A stretch of 64,000 bases of DNA from Patescibacteria group bacterium (GCA_041665345.1 JBAYJA010000001.1:265206-329205); one strand, 5' to 3'; shown: positions 45,292 through 56,950, counted from the first letter of the stretch. Program-made: numbers and translations. The notes: a model not told the origin generated them from the sequence alone.

Positions 45292-46755
45292 ATGGCTACC
45301 CGCGTGCCACTCCTGGTTACCACGCCGATTTACTACGCCAACGCAGCGCCGCACGTCGGCTCAGCGTACACAACCATTGCCGCGGACGTCCTGGCCCGGT
45401 ACTGGCGCGGCAAAGGCCGCAAGGTTTTTTCGTTGATCGGCACGGACGAGCATGGCGCAAAAGTTGCGGCATCCGCTGCAAAGGCGGGAGTTGAACCCCA
45501 AGCGTTCGTTGACCAGCAAGCCAAAGTCTTCCAGCAGGTTTTTGGTACGCTAGATATTGCGTACGATCGTTTTATTCGAACCACGGATGCTGATCACATT
45601 GCCGGCGTCCATGCATTTCTCACGAAACTCTATGCCGCAAAAACACCGAAGGGCCGTCCGGCTGTGGAAAAGGGCAAGTACGAAGGGCTCTACTGCCAGG
45701 GTTGTGAAAAATTCATCACTGAAAAAGAGTTGGTGAACGGTAAGTGTCCGTTACATTTAACCGTGCCAGAGAAAGTCGTGGAAGAAAATTACTTTTTCCA
45801 CCTCACAGATTACTTGTCCAAGCTGCTTGCCGCCATCAAAAAGGGCGATATTACCATTGAGCCCAAGAACGCGAAGCAAGAAGTGTTGGGGTACTTTAAG
45901 CAGGGTCTGCAAGATTTTTCCATCTCCCGGGAAAAAGTCCAATGGGGGATTCCGCTGCCGTTCGACTCTACGCAGACCACCTACGTGTGGGTAGATGCCT
46001 TGCCCAATTACCTGACGGCAGTTGGCTATGGCAAAAACCCCAAGCAGTTCCGGCAGTGGTGGCACGGGGAAGTGGTGCACCTCATGGCGCGGGATATTCT
46101 GAAGTTTCATAGCATCTACTGGCCAGCCCTGCTCATGGCCGTGGGCGAGCCTTTACCAGCACACATTTTTGCCCACGGGTACTTTACGGTGAACGGGCAG
46201 AAGATGAGTAAGAGTTTGGGCAATGTCATCAATCCTTTGGATCTGGTGGGGAAGTACGGTGTAGATGGAACGCGCTACTTACTCCTCACACCATTTCCTT
46301 TTGGTCAGGACGGGGATTTGCCGGTTGACCAGTTCACCACCAAGTACAACGCAGACTTAGCAAATGGTCTTGGGAACCTGGTGAGCCGAACCACCAACAT
46401 GGTGGCCAGTTACTTGGGTGGAGTGGTGATAAAAGTTGATGCACCAAAGCCACTAACCAAAGCTGACAAGCTTACGGAGAAATTGGCTTTTAGCCAGGCT
46501 CTGCAGGAAATCTGGCAGGCTGTCGCCTGGGCGAATCAGGCTATTGATCGCGCGCAACCCTGGACCTTAGCGAAGAGTGAAAAAGCAGCGGATAAAAAAA
46601 CACTGGCCACGCTGCTTGCTAACGTGGTGGCTGAGCTCCGAGAAATTACCCGGGCGGTTGCGCCATATCTCCCGGTTACCGCCGGGCAGCTGAAGGGTAT
46701 ACTGGGTGCGAAGCAGATTGCAAAAGCCCCACCCCTCTTCCAACGCGTGGTATGA
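45292..46755 (+). CDS. metG: methionyl-tRNA synthetase (minimal form)
   Basis: PIYYANAAPHVGSAYT is the HIGH region, CQGCEKF...CPLH the zinc knuckle and KMSKSLGN the KMSKS motif. Confidence 0.9.
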   Translation: MATRVPLLVTTPIYYANAAPHVGSAYTTIAADVLARYWRGKGRKVFSLIGTDEHGAKVAASAAKAGVEPQAFVDQQAKVFQQVFGTLDIAYDRFIRTTDADHIAGVHAFLTKLYAAKTPKGRPAVEKGKYEGLYCQGCEKFITEKELVNGKCPLHLTVPEKVVEENYFFHLTDYLSKLLAAIKKGDITIEPKNAKQEVLGYFKQGLQDFSISREKVQWGIPLPFDSTQTTYVWVDALPNYLTAVGYGKNPKQFRQWWHGEVVHLMARDILKFHSIYWPALLMAVGEPLPAHIFAHGYFTVNGQKMSKSLGNVINPLDLVGKYGVDGTRYLLLTPFPFGQDGDLPVDQFTTKYNADLANGLGNLVSRTTNMVASYLGGVVIKVDAPKPLTKADKLTEKLAFSQALQEIWQAVAWANQAIDRAQPWTLAKSEKAADKKTLATLLANVVAELREITRAVAPYLPVTAGQLKGILGAKQIAKAPPLFQRVV

Positions 46756-47264
46756 GCACAACCGACATTGTCCTCCTCGTTCTCCTCTTCGGCTTCACCT
46801 GGGCCGGGTTCTGGTATGGGATTATTCAAACTTTGGGTGGCATTGTGGGGGTCATTGCCGGCGCGGTCATTGCCGGCCGGTTTGCACCCACGGCTGGCAG
46901 CTGGATTAGCGGTCTTGGGAATACGCAGTTCACCCAGTGGGCAGCCTTCGCCATGATTTTCGTGGTGGTGAACCGCGCGGTGGCCATTGCCACCGGCGTC
47001 ATTGGCAAAGCCTTGAATGTAACGAAGTTGGTTCCGGGTGTTGCCGCAGCAAACCGCTTGGGCGGCGCGCTGGTGGGGCTGGTGGAAGGCGCACTCACCC
47101 TTGGTTTGCTTATTGCTTTGGCTGAGCGCTTGCAGGTGAGTCAGCCACTGCTTAGACTTTTTGATAATTCAGTCATTGCAAACATTCTGAGTTCCATTGG
47201 GAGTAGCCTTATGCCCTTGCTCCCCGAAGCAATTAAGGGCGCGCAGAGTGTATTGCAACTTTAA
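46752..47264 (+). CDS. cvpA: CvpA family membrane protein
   Basis: Four TM helices. Size and topology are like CvpA. Confidence 0.55.
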   Translation: MSTTDIVLLVLLFGFTWAGFWYGIIQTLGGIVGVIAGAVIAGRFAPTAGSWISGLGNTQFTQWAAFAMIFVVVNRAVAIATGVIGKALNVTKLVPGVAAANRLGGALVGLVEGALTLGLLIALAERLQVSQPLLRLFDNSVIANILSSIGSSLMPLLPEAIKGAQSVLQL

Positions 47265-47947
47265 TGGCCGGCACGCTCACCATTGTCGCCACGCCCATTG
47301 GCAACCTGAGTGACTTTAGCCCACGAGCCAAAGAAGCATTGGTACATGCCAACCTCATTCTGGCGGAAGATACCCGGGAAGTAGCAAAGTTGCTGCAGCA
47401 CATTGGCGCGGAGAAAACTGTGGTGCGGTATGACGAACACACACGTGGCGCAAGAGAAGATGCGCTCCTTGATCGTTTGCGAAAAGGGGAGACACTTGCG
47501 TTAGTCGCAGATCGGGGTACGCCAAACATCGCTGATCCTGGTGGTCGACTCGTTGAGCGTGTGTACCGAGAGTGTCCACGTGTCAAAGTCGTGCCCATTC
47601 CTGGTCCATCCGCTATGGCCACAGCACTCTCCGTCTGTGGCTTCCCGTTACAGCAATTCACGGGATATGGTTTTTTACCCCTGAAGAACGGCCGGCAAGG
47701 GATCCTCAAGCGTATAGCAGAAGATGCCCGCCCCGCGGTATTTTTTGAATCCCCGCACCGGGTTGAGAAAGTGCTGCAGTTTTTCGTGGACAACTGTCCG
47801 GAGCGAGAAGTATTTGTGGCGCGAGAGCTGACCAAGACTTTCGAGCATCTCTACCGTGGTCTACCAGCAAAAGTTCTTGCTGACCTCCGGGCAGATGCCG
47901 TGAAGGGGGAGTTCACCGTGGTGTTGGGACCGTGGGGCAAAGTATAG
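47264..47947 (+). CDS. rsmI: 16S rRNA (cytidine1402-2'-O)-methyltransferase RsmI
   Basis: TLTIVATPIGNLSDFSPRAKEAL matches the tetrapyrrole-methylase-fold RsmI N-terminus. Confidence 0.8.
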   Translation: MAGTLTIVATPIGNLSDFSPRAKEALVHANLILAEDTREVAKLLQHIGAEKTVVRYDEHTRGAREDALLDRLRKGETLALVADRGTPNIADPGGRLVERVYRECPRVKVVPIPGPSAMATALSVCGFPLQQFTGYGFLPLKNGRQGILKRIAEDARPAVFFESPHRVEKVLQFFVDNCPEREVFVARELTKTFEHLYRGLPAKVLADLRADAVKGEFTVVLGPWGKV

Positions 47948-48046
47948 GCGGCAGAGATTTTTTGTCATTGCGAGGAACGAGTCTGCGAGTGACGTGGCAA
48001 TCTTGCGGTACTACGGAACCAAGGGGGGCTCCCTGGCTCTTTTTTC

Positions 48047-48130
48047 TGTCATCCTGAGGAGTCTACGACGAAGGATCTCCAGATAATGTACAAACTTCGG
48101 AGATTCTTCGTCAGACTCAGAATGACAAAG
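48047..48130. repeat. REP-like long palindromic repeat (full copy)
   Basis: tgtcatcctgaggagtctacgacgaaggatctcc ... ggagattcttcgtcagactcagaatgaca. Confidence 0.6.
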
Positions 48131-48262
48131 GGGAAAAGGTGAAGGTATGGATACTGAAGAGAAGAGTAGAATGCGACTGGCTATCCCTGTATCAATTCCG
48201 TACTCTTCACCCTCCGTCCACACCTTCACCAAAAACGAAACCCTTTATCCCCGCGCCCTCCA

Positions 48263-48955
48263 ATGCGTGTTATACTGTTCCCAATGTATGGAGGGGATAT
48301 GCCACCACGAAAAAAATCCAAAACTCAGGTAAAGCAGAGGACAAGGAAAATAAAAAATCCCCCGGATCGGCGGGTACATTTTGGCATTGTCCTGGGGGCA
48401 ATTGCAGCTTTGGTTGTGGCCTGCGCCTTATCGTTTTGCTTGTTTGGAGAGCGAGTACAGGCTGTGCCTGTGCCAGATTCACGCACAGCCCTGCTACTTT
48501 TCCAAAACCAAAAGCGCGTGCAAGCAAGTGCGCCCAGTACGCAGGCGTTCTGGGAATCAGAAATGCTCCATTTGGCCAGGACGCGCACAGAGGAATTCTT
48601 TGCCCGGTTACAGCAGCATGACACCACGCTTTTTGTCGATGTGCTCACTGTCCCGCAGTACGTAGAGTTACCAGCCAGCGTACAAAGTTTTGTGGAAAGG
48701 CCACAGCAAGTAACCGGGACTGTGACGCTGGATACGAAAGGTAATGACCTGCACGACCAGTCTGAAAAAAAAATGATCGTGCGGGAGCAATATGGAAATG
48801 TGGAGATGTCACTGGTTTTTGTTGACGGCGCAGCGGTTACTTCCCCCATGTCCATCACCGGCCGAGGTTTTCTCTTAGGTTCGACCTTCTACACCTCAAC
48901 CGTACTCTCACGGTTGACGCCTCAACCCGCAGCAATCACCCCATCAGCGGAGTGA
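48263..48955 (+). CDS. membrane-anchored hypothetical protein
   Basis: A basic N-terminus and one TM helix. The start is uncertain. Confidence 0.4.
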   Translation: MRVILFPMYGGDMPPRKKSKTQVKQRTRKIKNPPDRRVHFGIVLGAIAALVVACALSFCLFGERVQAVPVPDSRTALLLFQNQKRVQASAPSTQAFWESEMLHLARTRTEEFFARLQQHDTTLFVDVLTVPQYVELPASVQSFVERPQQVTGTVTLDTKGNDLHDQSEKKMIVREQYGNVEMSLVFVDGAAVTSPMSITGRGFLLGSTFYTSTVLSRLTPQPAAITPSAE

Positions 48956-49061
48956 CCAAGTAGGCATCACTGGTATTTCGCTGCAACCAGGATGTTGGCA
49001 GAAAACGCCGGAGCCGGATCAACGGCTTGGGTTGCGCCTGCATTTGCAAAAACCGCCCACC

Positions 49062-49089
49062 TTGACATTTTGGGTTTAGTTCGTACAAT
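49062..49089 (+). promoter_or_regulatory. sigma70-like promoter upstream of the ATP synthase operon
   Basis: TTGACA, a 16-nt spacer, then TACAAT, about 70 nt before the atpI-like start. Confidence 0.4.
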
Positions 49090-49159
49090 AGATTTGCACG
49101 ATTTTTCGTGAAAAAACAACGGTATTTCGCCGTCGTTGCGTGCATTTTCGGTTCCGAGC

Positions 49160-49417
49160 ATGGAGAAAAATCCACAATCACAAGGTTTCTGGCATGCTCT
49201 GGGCATTGCCTGGGAACTGGGGTACGTCATCGCCATTCCCATTGTTATTTTCGCCCTGGGTGGGCGTTTGCTGGATAAGCATTTTGGCACGTCACCATGG
49301 CTCTTCCTTGCAGGCGTTTTGGTCTCCATCGCCCTAACCTCCATTGGTCTAGTCTGGAAGTTTAAGAAGCTCATCAAATCTCTGGAACCGCCAGTCGAAC
49401 CTCCAAAGAAACTGTAA
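49160..49417 (+). CDS. ATP synthase protein I / AtpZ-like small membrane protein
   Basis: A two-TM small protein immediately upstream of atpB. Confidence 0.5.
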   Translation: MEKNPQSQGFWHALGIAWELGYVIAIPIVIFALGGRLLDKHFGTSPWLFLAGVLVSIALTSIGLVWKFKKLIKSLEPPVEPPKKL

Positions 49418-49421
49418 ACAC

Positions 49422-50168
49422 ATGGCCGCAGAAGTATCACTAGCCGCAGAAACCGTGTTCCACCTTGGGCCCCTACCCGTGAGCAACAGTTTGCTGACGA
49501 CCTGGGTGGTTGTCGCCCTGGTGATCATTGGCGCCTTGCTGCTTCGCCGCAAAGTGAAAACCATACCTCATGGTTTGCAAAATTTGGTGGAAGCCATGTT
49601 TGATGGAGCGTTGGGGATTATGGACTCAGTAACGCAGGATCGAAAGCAGTCGGAGAAGTTCTTCCCGTTTGTCTTCACGCTTTTCCTGTTCATTCTCATT
49701 GGCAACTGGTTGGGGCTCATGCCCGGGGTGGGTACTATTGGCTTTAACGAAATCCACGACGGCCACGAGCTCTTCGTGCCGCTCTTCCGTGGGCCAGCTG
49801 CGGACCTGAACTTCACCTTGGCACTTGCGCTCATTTCCGTGGTTGCCACGCAGGTCATTGCCGTGTTCACTATTGGGTTCATGAAGCACCTGAAGAAGTA
49901 CGTGAACTTCAAAGACCCCATCATGGGTTTCGTGGGTGCGTTGGAAGGTATGTCCGAGTTCGCGAAGATTCTCTCCTTCAGCTTCCGGTTGTTCGGCAAC
50001 GTTTTTGCCGGAGAAGTGTTACTCATTGTCATTGGGCTCATCATCCCATTCCTGGTGCCCGTGCCTTTCCTCTTCCTGGAAATTTTTGTTGGGTTTATTC
50101 AGGCATTCATTTTTGCAATGTTGACCCTGGTGTTCTTGAAAGTTGCAACTGCTGTCCATGAACACTAA
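49422..50168 (+). CDS. atpB: F0F1 ATP synthase subunit a
   Basis: The conserved ...SFSFRLFGNVFAGEVLL... arginine-containing helix is present. Confidence 0.9.
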   Translation: MAAEVSLAAETVFHLGPLPVSNSLLTTWVVVALVIIGALLLRRKVKTIPHGLQNLVEAMFDGALGIMDSVTQDRKQSEKFFPFVFTLFLFILIGNWLGLMPGVGTIGFNEIHDGHELFVPLFRGPAADLNFTLALALISVVATQVIAVFTIGFMKHLKKYVNFKDPIMGFVGALEGMSEFAKILSFSFRLFGNVFAGEVLLIVIGLIIPFLVPVPFLFLEIFVGFIQAFIFAMLTLVFLKVATAVHEH

Positions 50169-50282
50169 GTTGTAGTGGTGAAATGTGAGTGAATGAGCAT
50201 TCTCGTTCCGTCACATTTCGTCACTAAGTGTCTCTGCCGCACCGACGTTAAACTCCAAACCTCGTCGTGTGCCAGGAGATGA

Positions 50283-50522
<240 letters not shown>

Positions 50523-50588
50523 GTATCCCTGACGTTTGGGAGCTGACCCACGTCTGCTCCCAGGGCTAGTGATTCATAACTTATCCGT

Positions 50589-51092
50589 ATGGAAGAACTC
50601 GTCAAAAAATTCGGCATCGAACCCACACTCCTCTTAGCGCAGGTCATCAACTTTGGCCTGGTGCTATTCGTGCTGTGGAAATTTGCCTACAAGCCCGTGC
50701 TGAAAATTATGCGCGAGCGTCGGGAGAAAATTGCCAAGAGCTTGGATGATGCCAAAGCCGTGGAGCAGAAGTTAGCTGAAGCTGAGGAGCTGAAGAAAGT
50801 GAAGCTGAAGGAAGCCCGAACTGAGGCGCAGGCGTTAATGGAAGCCACGTCTGTTGAAAGCGAGCGCTACCGCCAGGAACGGTTGAAGGAAATTGAAGCA
50901 GAGATGCAGCAGCATCGCGTGCAGGCTCAGGCGCAAATGCAGGCGGAGAAAGCGCAGGCCATGCAAGAAGCAAAAGCAGAATTGGTGAACCTGGTGATGA
51001 GCGCTACGCAGAAGGTGGTTCCCAGCGGGGTGGCCAAGGACTTGGATAAGAAACTCGTTGCTGAGGCAGTAGAGGAAAGTCAGAAATCTTAA
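50589..51092 (+). CDS. atpF: F0F1 ATP synthase subunit b
   Basis: An N-terminal TM helix followed by a long charged coiled coil. Confidence 0.8.
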   Translation: MEELVKKFGIEPTLLLAQVINFGLVLFVLWKFAYKPVLKIMRERREKIAKSLDDAKAVEQKLAEAEELKKVKLKEARTEAQALMEATSVESERYRQERLKEIEAEMQQHRVQAQAQMQAEKAQAMQEAKAELVNLVMSATQKVVPSGVAKDLDKKLVAEAVEESQKS

Positions 51093-51094
51093 GT

Positions 51095-51496
51095 ATGCGC
51101 AAAGCCTCCATTCGCCAGTACGCCGAAGCCTACCTGGGTGCTGCCAAAGCTGCCCCAGCGGCTGAGCGTGAGGAGATTGCAGGTCGCCTGATTCACGTCC
51201 TTGCCCGGCAGCGGCAGCTACGCTTGGTACCCAGGATTGCCGCGGAACTGGAACGGCTAATTGCCGAGCAGGGCGGGCCAGTAGTGGTGAAGGTTCGCAG
51301 CGCCAAAGCGTTAACCGCAACCGAAGATGCAGCCTTGGCAAAAAATCTGGAAACCAGCTTGAAGCGAAAAGTAAAACTCCGCCATATACATGAACCGAAG
51401 CTCATCGCTGGAGTGAAAATCCAAGTGGGGGATCAGTTGATTGATAGCTCTGTTTCCAGCCGGTTCGCCAGCCTCAAAGCGCACCTTTTACAATAA
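51095..51496 (+). CDS. atpH: F0F1 ATP synthase subunit delta (short form)
   Basis: Identified by position between atpF and atpA and by its OSCP-like C-terminus. It is only 133 aa. Confidence 0.65.
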   Translation: MRKASIRQYAEAYLGAAKAAPAAEREEIAGRLIHVLARQRQLRLVPRIAAELERLIAEQGGPVVVKVRSAKALTATEDAALAKNLETSLKRKVKLRHIHEPKLIAGVKIQVGDQLIDSSVSSRFASLKAHLLQ

Positions 51497-51587
51497 TTTC
51501 TCAGCCACTTCAGTGGCGTTGCAAATTAACAAGCAACCCGACTAAAGTCGGTGAGAAGAATGGAGTAGAGACTTTAGTCTCTTGGGT

Positions 51588-51652
51588 GGGTAGGCGAGGT
51601 CCCTTGACCTCGCCTCGCGGAGGACGCCCGGGTCAAGGGACCCGGGCTACCC
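51588..51652. repeat. compound-hairpin repeat (inverted copy of 7733..7797) inside a larger 51539..51692 palindromic structure
   Basis: gggtaggcgaggtcccttgacctcgcc...cccgggtcaagggacccgggctaccc. It is enclosed by the pairing arms ggagtagag/ctctactcc and gtgggtag/ctacccac. Confidence 0.55.
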
Positions 51653-51685
51653 ACTAGAGTGTAAGAGGCTAAAGCCTCTACTCCG

Positions 51686-51725
51686 AGAGAAAAAACAAAA
51701 AGCGCCTTGATACAATCGCAGCGCA
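51686..51725. repeat. conserved left block of the intra-atp cassette (copy A), likely the terminator of the antisense small ORF
   Basis: gagagaaaaaacaaaaagcgccttgatacaatcgcagcgca is 38/40 identical to 54590..54629. Confidence 0.6.
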
Positions 51726-51744
51726 TTAGAAAGAGAATGGTATT

Positions 51745-51924
51745 TTAAGATTCCTGAAGAGGTCGCCTAAAGAGAACCCGTTTTACACAATTCTGTGTTT
51801 CCCAGGCGGCAAACGCTTCCCACCCCTCCTTGCCAAGTACGTTCATATTCATTTCCAGTTTTTGTCCTTCTAATAATGGTTCTCTGTCGACAAAGACCTT
51901 ATACTCCCATTTCTTTGTAGGCAT
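51745..51924 (-). CDS. small antisense ORF (59 aa), DUF4177-like, with its own promoter
   Basis: MPTKKWEYKVFVDREPLLEGQKLEMNMNVLGKEGWEAFAAWE... The RBS is gaggga. On the minus strand TTGACA-17nt-TAAAGT lies at 51990..51962. Confidence 0.45.
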   Translation of the reverse strand: MPTKKWEYKVFVDREPLLEGQKLEMNMNVLGKEGWEAFAAWETQNCVKRVLFRRPLQES

Positions 51925-51994
51925 TTTTCCCTCATTTGTTAAAGATTCGGTTTAAGCATTCACTTTATTCTGCTGTTATCATACTGTCAACCCC

Positions 51995-52028
51995 CTGAAG
52001 CGAACCGCTAGGCGCGAAAAACCCTTTC
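51995..52028. repeat. conserved right block of the intra-atp cassette (copy A)
   Basis: ctgaagcgaaccgctaggcgcgaaaaaccctttcgcccctgacccatctcttca is about 95% identical to 54881..54934 and contains the hairpin GGCGCGAAA/TTTCGCCCC. Confidence 0.6.
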
Positions 52029-52108
52029 GCCCCTGACCCATCTCTTCATCAATAAATTTATTACAATTCGCGCAGGCAGAGACACCTGCGCTCGGACAAT
52101 GAAAATAT

Positions 52109-53596
52109 ATGCCGCATACAATCGTCGACGTTCTCAAAACCCAGCTCCAGTCCTACACCGCTAAAGCCACCACGGCCACGGTTGGCCACGTCATTGACGT
52201 AGGCGACGGCATTGCCCGAGTAGAAGGCCTGAGCAATGTGCAGTCCAGTGAAAAAGTCACCTTTGCGTCTGGCGCAACCGGCGTGGCATTGAACTTGGAA
52301 GAGGATACCGTGGGTGTGATGATTCTCAATGGCGCCACGCTTGTTTCCGAAGGTGAAGAAGTCCGGGGCACGGGGCAGGTCATGTCCGTCCCAGTAGGTG
52401 ATGCTTTGGTTGGCCGGGTGGTGAATCCCTTGGGTGATCCGATTGACGGCAAAGGCGCGATCAAGGGTGCAGAGCTGTACCCCGTGGAGCGCGTGGCACC
52501 TGGCGTCATTACGCGTGAAGGCGTGAAGCAGCCCCTGCAAACTGGCATCAAAGCCATTGACGCACTCATCCCCATTGGCCGTGGGCAGCGTGAGCTCATC
52601 ATTGGTGACCGGCAGACCGGCAAAACCGCCATTGCCATTGATACGATCATCAACCAGAAGGGGACAGGCGTCACCTGCATCTACGTGGCCATTGGGCAAA
52701 AAGCCTCCAAGATCGCGCGCATTGTGGCGGAATTGGAAAAGCACGGTGCCATGGCGCACACAATCATCGTCCTGGCCAGCGCGTCAGACCCCGCTGCCCT
52801 CTCTTTCCTTTCACCATACGCCGGCTGCGCCATGGGTGAGTACTTCATGGCCAAAGGCAAAGATGCATTGGTCATTTACGACGACCTGTCCAAGCACGCA
52901 TGGGCGTACCGCCAAATTTCTCTGCTCCTCCGCCGACCCCCAGGCCGCGAAGCCTACCCTGGAGATATTTTTTACCTGCACTCTCGCTTGCTGGAGCGCG
53001 CGGCAAAAATGAGCAAAGAGAACGGTGGTGGCTCACTCACAGCCTTGCCGATTATTGAAACGCAGGCCGGGGACATGAGCGCCTACATTCCCACCAACGT
53101 CATTTCCATTACCGACGGACAGATCATTCTGGAATCCGATTTGTTCTACCAAGGCCAACGTCCAGCCTTAAACGTTGGATTGTCTGTCTCCCGCGTGGGT
53201 TCCAGTGCTCAGGTGAAAGCCATGAAGAAGGTGGCCGGGAAGCTCCGTTTGGACATGGCGCAGTACCGCGAACTCGCAGCCTTTGCCCAGTTCGGTTCGG
53301 ATTTGGATGATGCCACCAAGCAGCAGTTGGAGCGCGGCAAGCGCACGGCTGAATTGCTAAAGCAGGGGATTGGCCAGCCCATGCCCGTGTCGGAGCAAGT
53401 AGCCGTGCTCTACGCCGTTACCCAAGGGCACGTGGACAAAGTTGAAGTGGAAAACGTCCAAGCCTGGGAAAAAGCTTTTGTGAAAATGCTCCGCAGCACA
53501 GGCAGCAAATGGCTGAAAGAGATTGAGACCAAAGGTGAATTGACCCCAGCACTTGAAGCACAGTTGAAAACCCTTCTGCAGAACTTTTCAATGTAA
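52109..53596 (+). CDS. atpA: F0F1 ATP synthase subunit alpha
   Basis: [15 protein letters not shown] is the P-loop. The alignment is full length. Confidence 0.95.
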   Translation: MPHTIVDVLKTQLQSYTAKATTATVGHVIDVGDGIARVEGLSNVQSSEKVTFASGATGVALNLEEDTVGVMILNGATLVSEGEEVRGTGQVMSVPVGDALVGRVVNPLGDPIDGKGAIKGAELYPVERVAPGVITREGVKQPLQTGIKAIDALIPIGRGQRELIIGDRQTGKTAIAIDTIINQKGTGVTCIYVAIGQKASKIARIVAELEKHGAMAHTIIVLASASDPAALSFLSPYAGCAMGEYFMAKGKDALVIYDDLSKHAWAYRQISLLLRRPPGREAYPGDIFYLHSRLLERAAKMSKENGGGSLTALPIIETQAGDMSAYIPTNVISITDGQIILESDLFYQGQRPALNVGLSVSRVGSSAQVKAMKKVAGKLRLDMAQYRELAAFAQFGSDLDDATKQQLERGKRTAELLKQGIGQPMPVSEQVAVLYAVTQGHVDKVEVENVQAWEKAFVKMLRSTGSKWLKEIETKGELTPALEAQLKTLLQNFSM

Positions 53597-53598
53597 AC

Positions 53599-54495
53599 AT
53601 GGCCAGTACCCGCGACATTCGGCGGCGGATCAAGTCCGTCGGCAATACCAAGAAGATCACCAAAGCCATGGAACTGGTGGCGGCGTCCAAGATGCGTCGC
53701 GCCGTGCAGCAGGCGTTGATGACCCGCGCCTACGCCAAGGCCGCCTGGGACGTCCTCACGAATGTCAGCGCCGTGACCAATCGTGACCTGCACCCGCTGC
53801 TGGTGGAACGCCCCGTCCAAAAAGCCGCGGTGATTGTCATAAGCTCAGACCGGGGTTTGGCGGGTGGTTTGAACGCAAACATTGTGCGGCAGACCATGGA
53901 GGTTGTGCAGAAGCAAGCGGTGCAGGTGGATTTGATTACCGTTGGGACTAAAGCCGCGGACGCTCTGCGTCGGTTGAATGCGAACATCGTTGCCGCCTTT
54001 CCCAACGCGCACGCCCACCCAACCGTGGCCGACCTACAACCAATTGTAAAAATTGCCATTGATGATTACGTCGCCGGCGTGTACGACAAGATTTTCGTGG
54101 TGTACACAGACTTCATTTCCACCCTCAACCAGAAAGCGCGGGCACGGCAAATACTTCCCATCCGGAAGCAGGATTTGAAAGAAGTCTTGGACGATACGCA
54201 GCACGTGGTATTGGATAAAGAGCTGGAAGGTTTTCAAAACCCTTACCTGTTTGAACCCAACGCGGATGCCGTACTGGAGAAAATGCTGCGGAACTTGGTG
54301 ACCAGCCAGCTGTACCAAGTGGTGCTGGAATCGTTAGCCTCAGAACATGCGGCGCGGATGGTCGCCATGCGTAACGCCACGGACGCAGCTGAAGAGCTTA
54401 TCGACGATCTCAACCTTACCTACAACCAAGCTCGCCAAGCCGGAATCACCCGCGAAATCGCGGAAATCTCTGCGGGCAGAGCAGCGTTGGAGTAA
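53599..54495 (+). CDS. atpG: F0F1 ATP synthase subunit gamma
   Basis: The N-terminus IRRRIKSVGNTKKITKAMELVAASKMRRA is a hallmark of gamma. Confidence 0.9.
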   Translation: MASTRDIRRRIKSVGNTKKITKAMELVAASKMRRAVQQALMTRAYAKAAWDVLTNVSAVTNRDLHPLLVERPVQKAAVIVISSDRGLAGGLNANIVRQTMEVVQKQAVQVDLITVGTKAADALRRLNANIVAAFPNAHAHPTVADLQPIVKIAIDDYVAGVYDKIFVVYTDFISTLNQKARARQILPIRKQDLKEVLDDTQHVVLDKELEGFQNPYLFEPNADAVLEKMLRNLVTSQLYQVVLESLASEHAARMVAMRNATDAAEELIDDLNLTYNQARQAGITREIAEISAGRAALE

Positions 54496-54504
54496 CCCCT
54501 CTTT

Positions 54505-54592
54505 TGTCATCCTGAGTCTTCGAAGGATCCTTCTGGAAGCACGTACTTGAGTAGCAAGATCCTTCGTCGAAGACTCCTCAGGATGACAAGAG
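54505..54592. repeat. REP-like long palindromic repeat (full, near-perfect copy)
   Basis: tgtcatcctgagtcttcgaaggatcc...gatccttcgtcgaagactcctcaggatgaca. Confidence 0.65.
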
Positions 54593-54629
54593 AGAAAAAT
54601 AAAAAGCGCCTTGATACAATCGCAGCGCA
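54590..54629. repeat. conserved left block of the intra-atp cassette (copy B)
   Basis: gagagaaaaataaaaagcgccttgatacaatcgcagcgca. Confidence 0.6.
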
Positions 54630-54635
54630 ACGGAA

Positions 54636-54806
54636 TTACACACTGTATTTTTCTAGGGATTTAGCTGCAAATTTAGTGATGATGCTACCTATTATCATCA
54701 TGAGCATCATTTTCCCTAGAGTAAGATCGCTGTTCCCGAAGATGTAGACAAATGGGGGAACAATGAGTAACCCCAACCCTGTTAAAAGCAAGTACATTCT
54801 AAACAT
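54636..54806 (-). CDS. small antisense ORF (56 aa), a two-TM membrane protein with its own promoter
   Basis: MFRMYLLLTGLGLLIVPPFVYIFGNSDLTLGKMMLMMIIGSIITKFAAKSLEKYSV. gagg lies before the ATG. On the minus strand TTGACA-17nt-TAGGTA lies at 54869..54841. Confidence 0.4.
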   Translation of the reverse strand: MFRMYLLLTGLGLLIVPPFVYIFGNSDLTLGKMMLMMIIGSIITKFAAKSLEKYSV

Positions 54807-54880
54807 TTTCAACCTCGATTTTTCTTTGTCTGGTAGTATATACCTAGCATTGAAAGTCCACCATGTCAACTAATATATCT

Positions 54881-54934
54881 CTGAAGCGAACCGCTAGGTG
54901 CGAAAGACCCTTTCGCCCCTGACCCATCTCTTCA
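54881..54934. repeat. conserved right block of the intra-atp cassette (copy B)
   Basis: ctgaagcgaaccgctaggtgcgaaagaccctttcgcccctgacccatctcttca. Confidence 0.6.
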
Positions 54935-54938
54935 CTAA

Positions 54939-56359
<1,421 letters not shown>

Positions 56360-56360
<1 letters not shown>

Positions 56361-56779
56361 TGACCAACCTTCACCTCACCATTACCACCCCAGAACGCAT
56401 TGTCCTCGAAACCGAGGTCAGCAGCGTGAACGTGCCAACTGTGGAAGGGGAGATTGGCGTGCTGGCCAACCACATTCCCTTGGTGTCCATTCTGGCTCCA
56501 GGCGAGCTGCATGCCATTGCTGCTGACGGTATGGAGCAGGTGATGGCCGTGTCTGGTGGTTTTGTGGAAGTGCGGGATAATAAGGTGGTTATCTTGGCAG
56601 ACACTGCGGAAAAAGCTGAGGAGATTGATGAAGCACGAGCCGAAGCCGGTCGCGAAAAAGCACGCCAACTGATGCAAGAACGTGCAACCGATGACGTGGG
56701 CTTTGCTGACGCGCAAGCCGCGCTGGCCAAAGAACTGGCGCGGTTGAAGGTGGTGCGGAAACGGCGGAAGCAGGTGTAG
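56360..56779 (+). CDS. atpC: F0F1 ATP synthase subunit epsilon
   Basis: The N-terminal beta-sandwich (ITTPERIVLETEVSSVNVP) and C-terminal helices are present. Its start overlaps the atpD stop. Confidence 0.85.
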
Positions 56780-56810
56780 AAATTTTGCATTATTGAGACA
56801 AGGATAAACC

Positions 56811-56839
56811 TTGACTTTTTTGTCATTTCCTGTATACTA
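56811..56839 (+). promoter_or_regulatory. sigma70-like promoter
   Basis: TTGACT, a 17-nt spacer, then TATACT. It lies downstream of atpC and about 110 nt before the next ORF. Confidence 0.4.
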
Positions 56840-56950
56840 GTTTGTTCAATTCGCAATTCCGTGGATTGAGCGCAAAAACCAAATGTTTACCTACTGGATA
56901 TGGACTTTGGGTAATACCCAATACCAATTGAAAGAGGTAGAAGGAGTTTT

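Noticed and set aside
52061-52759. 232-aa minus-strand ORF plus other antisense ORFs across atpA/atpG/atpD
   Set aside because: They are antisense to highly conserved ATP synthase subunits.
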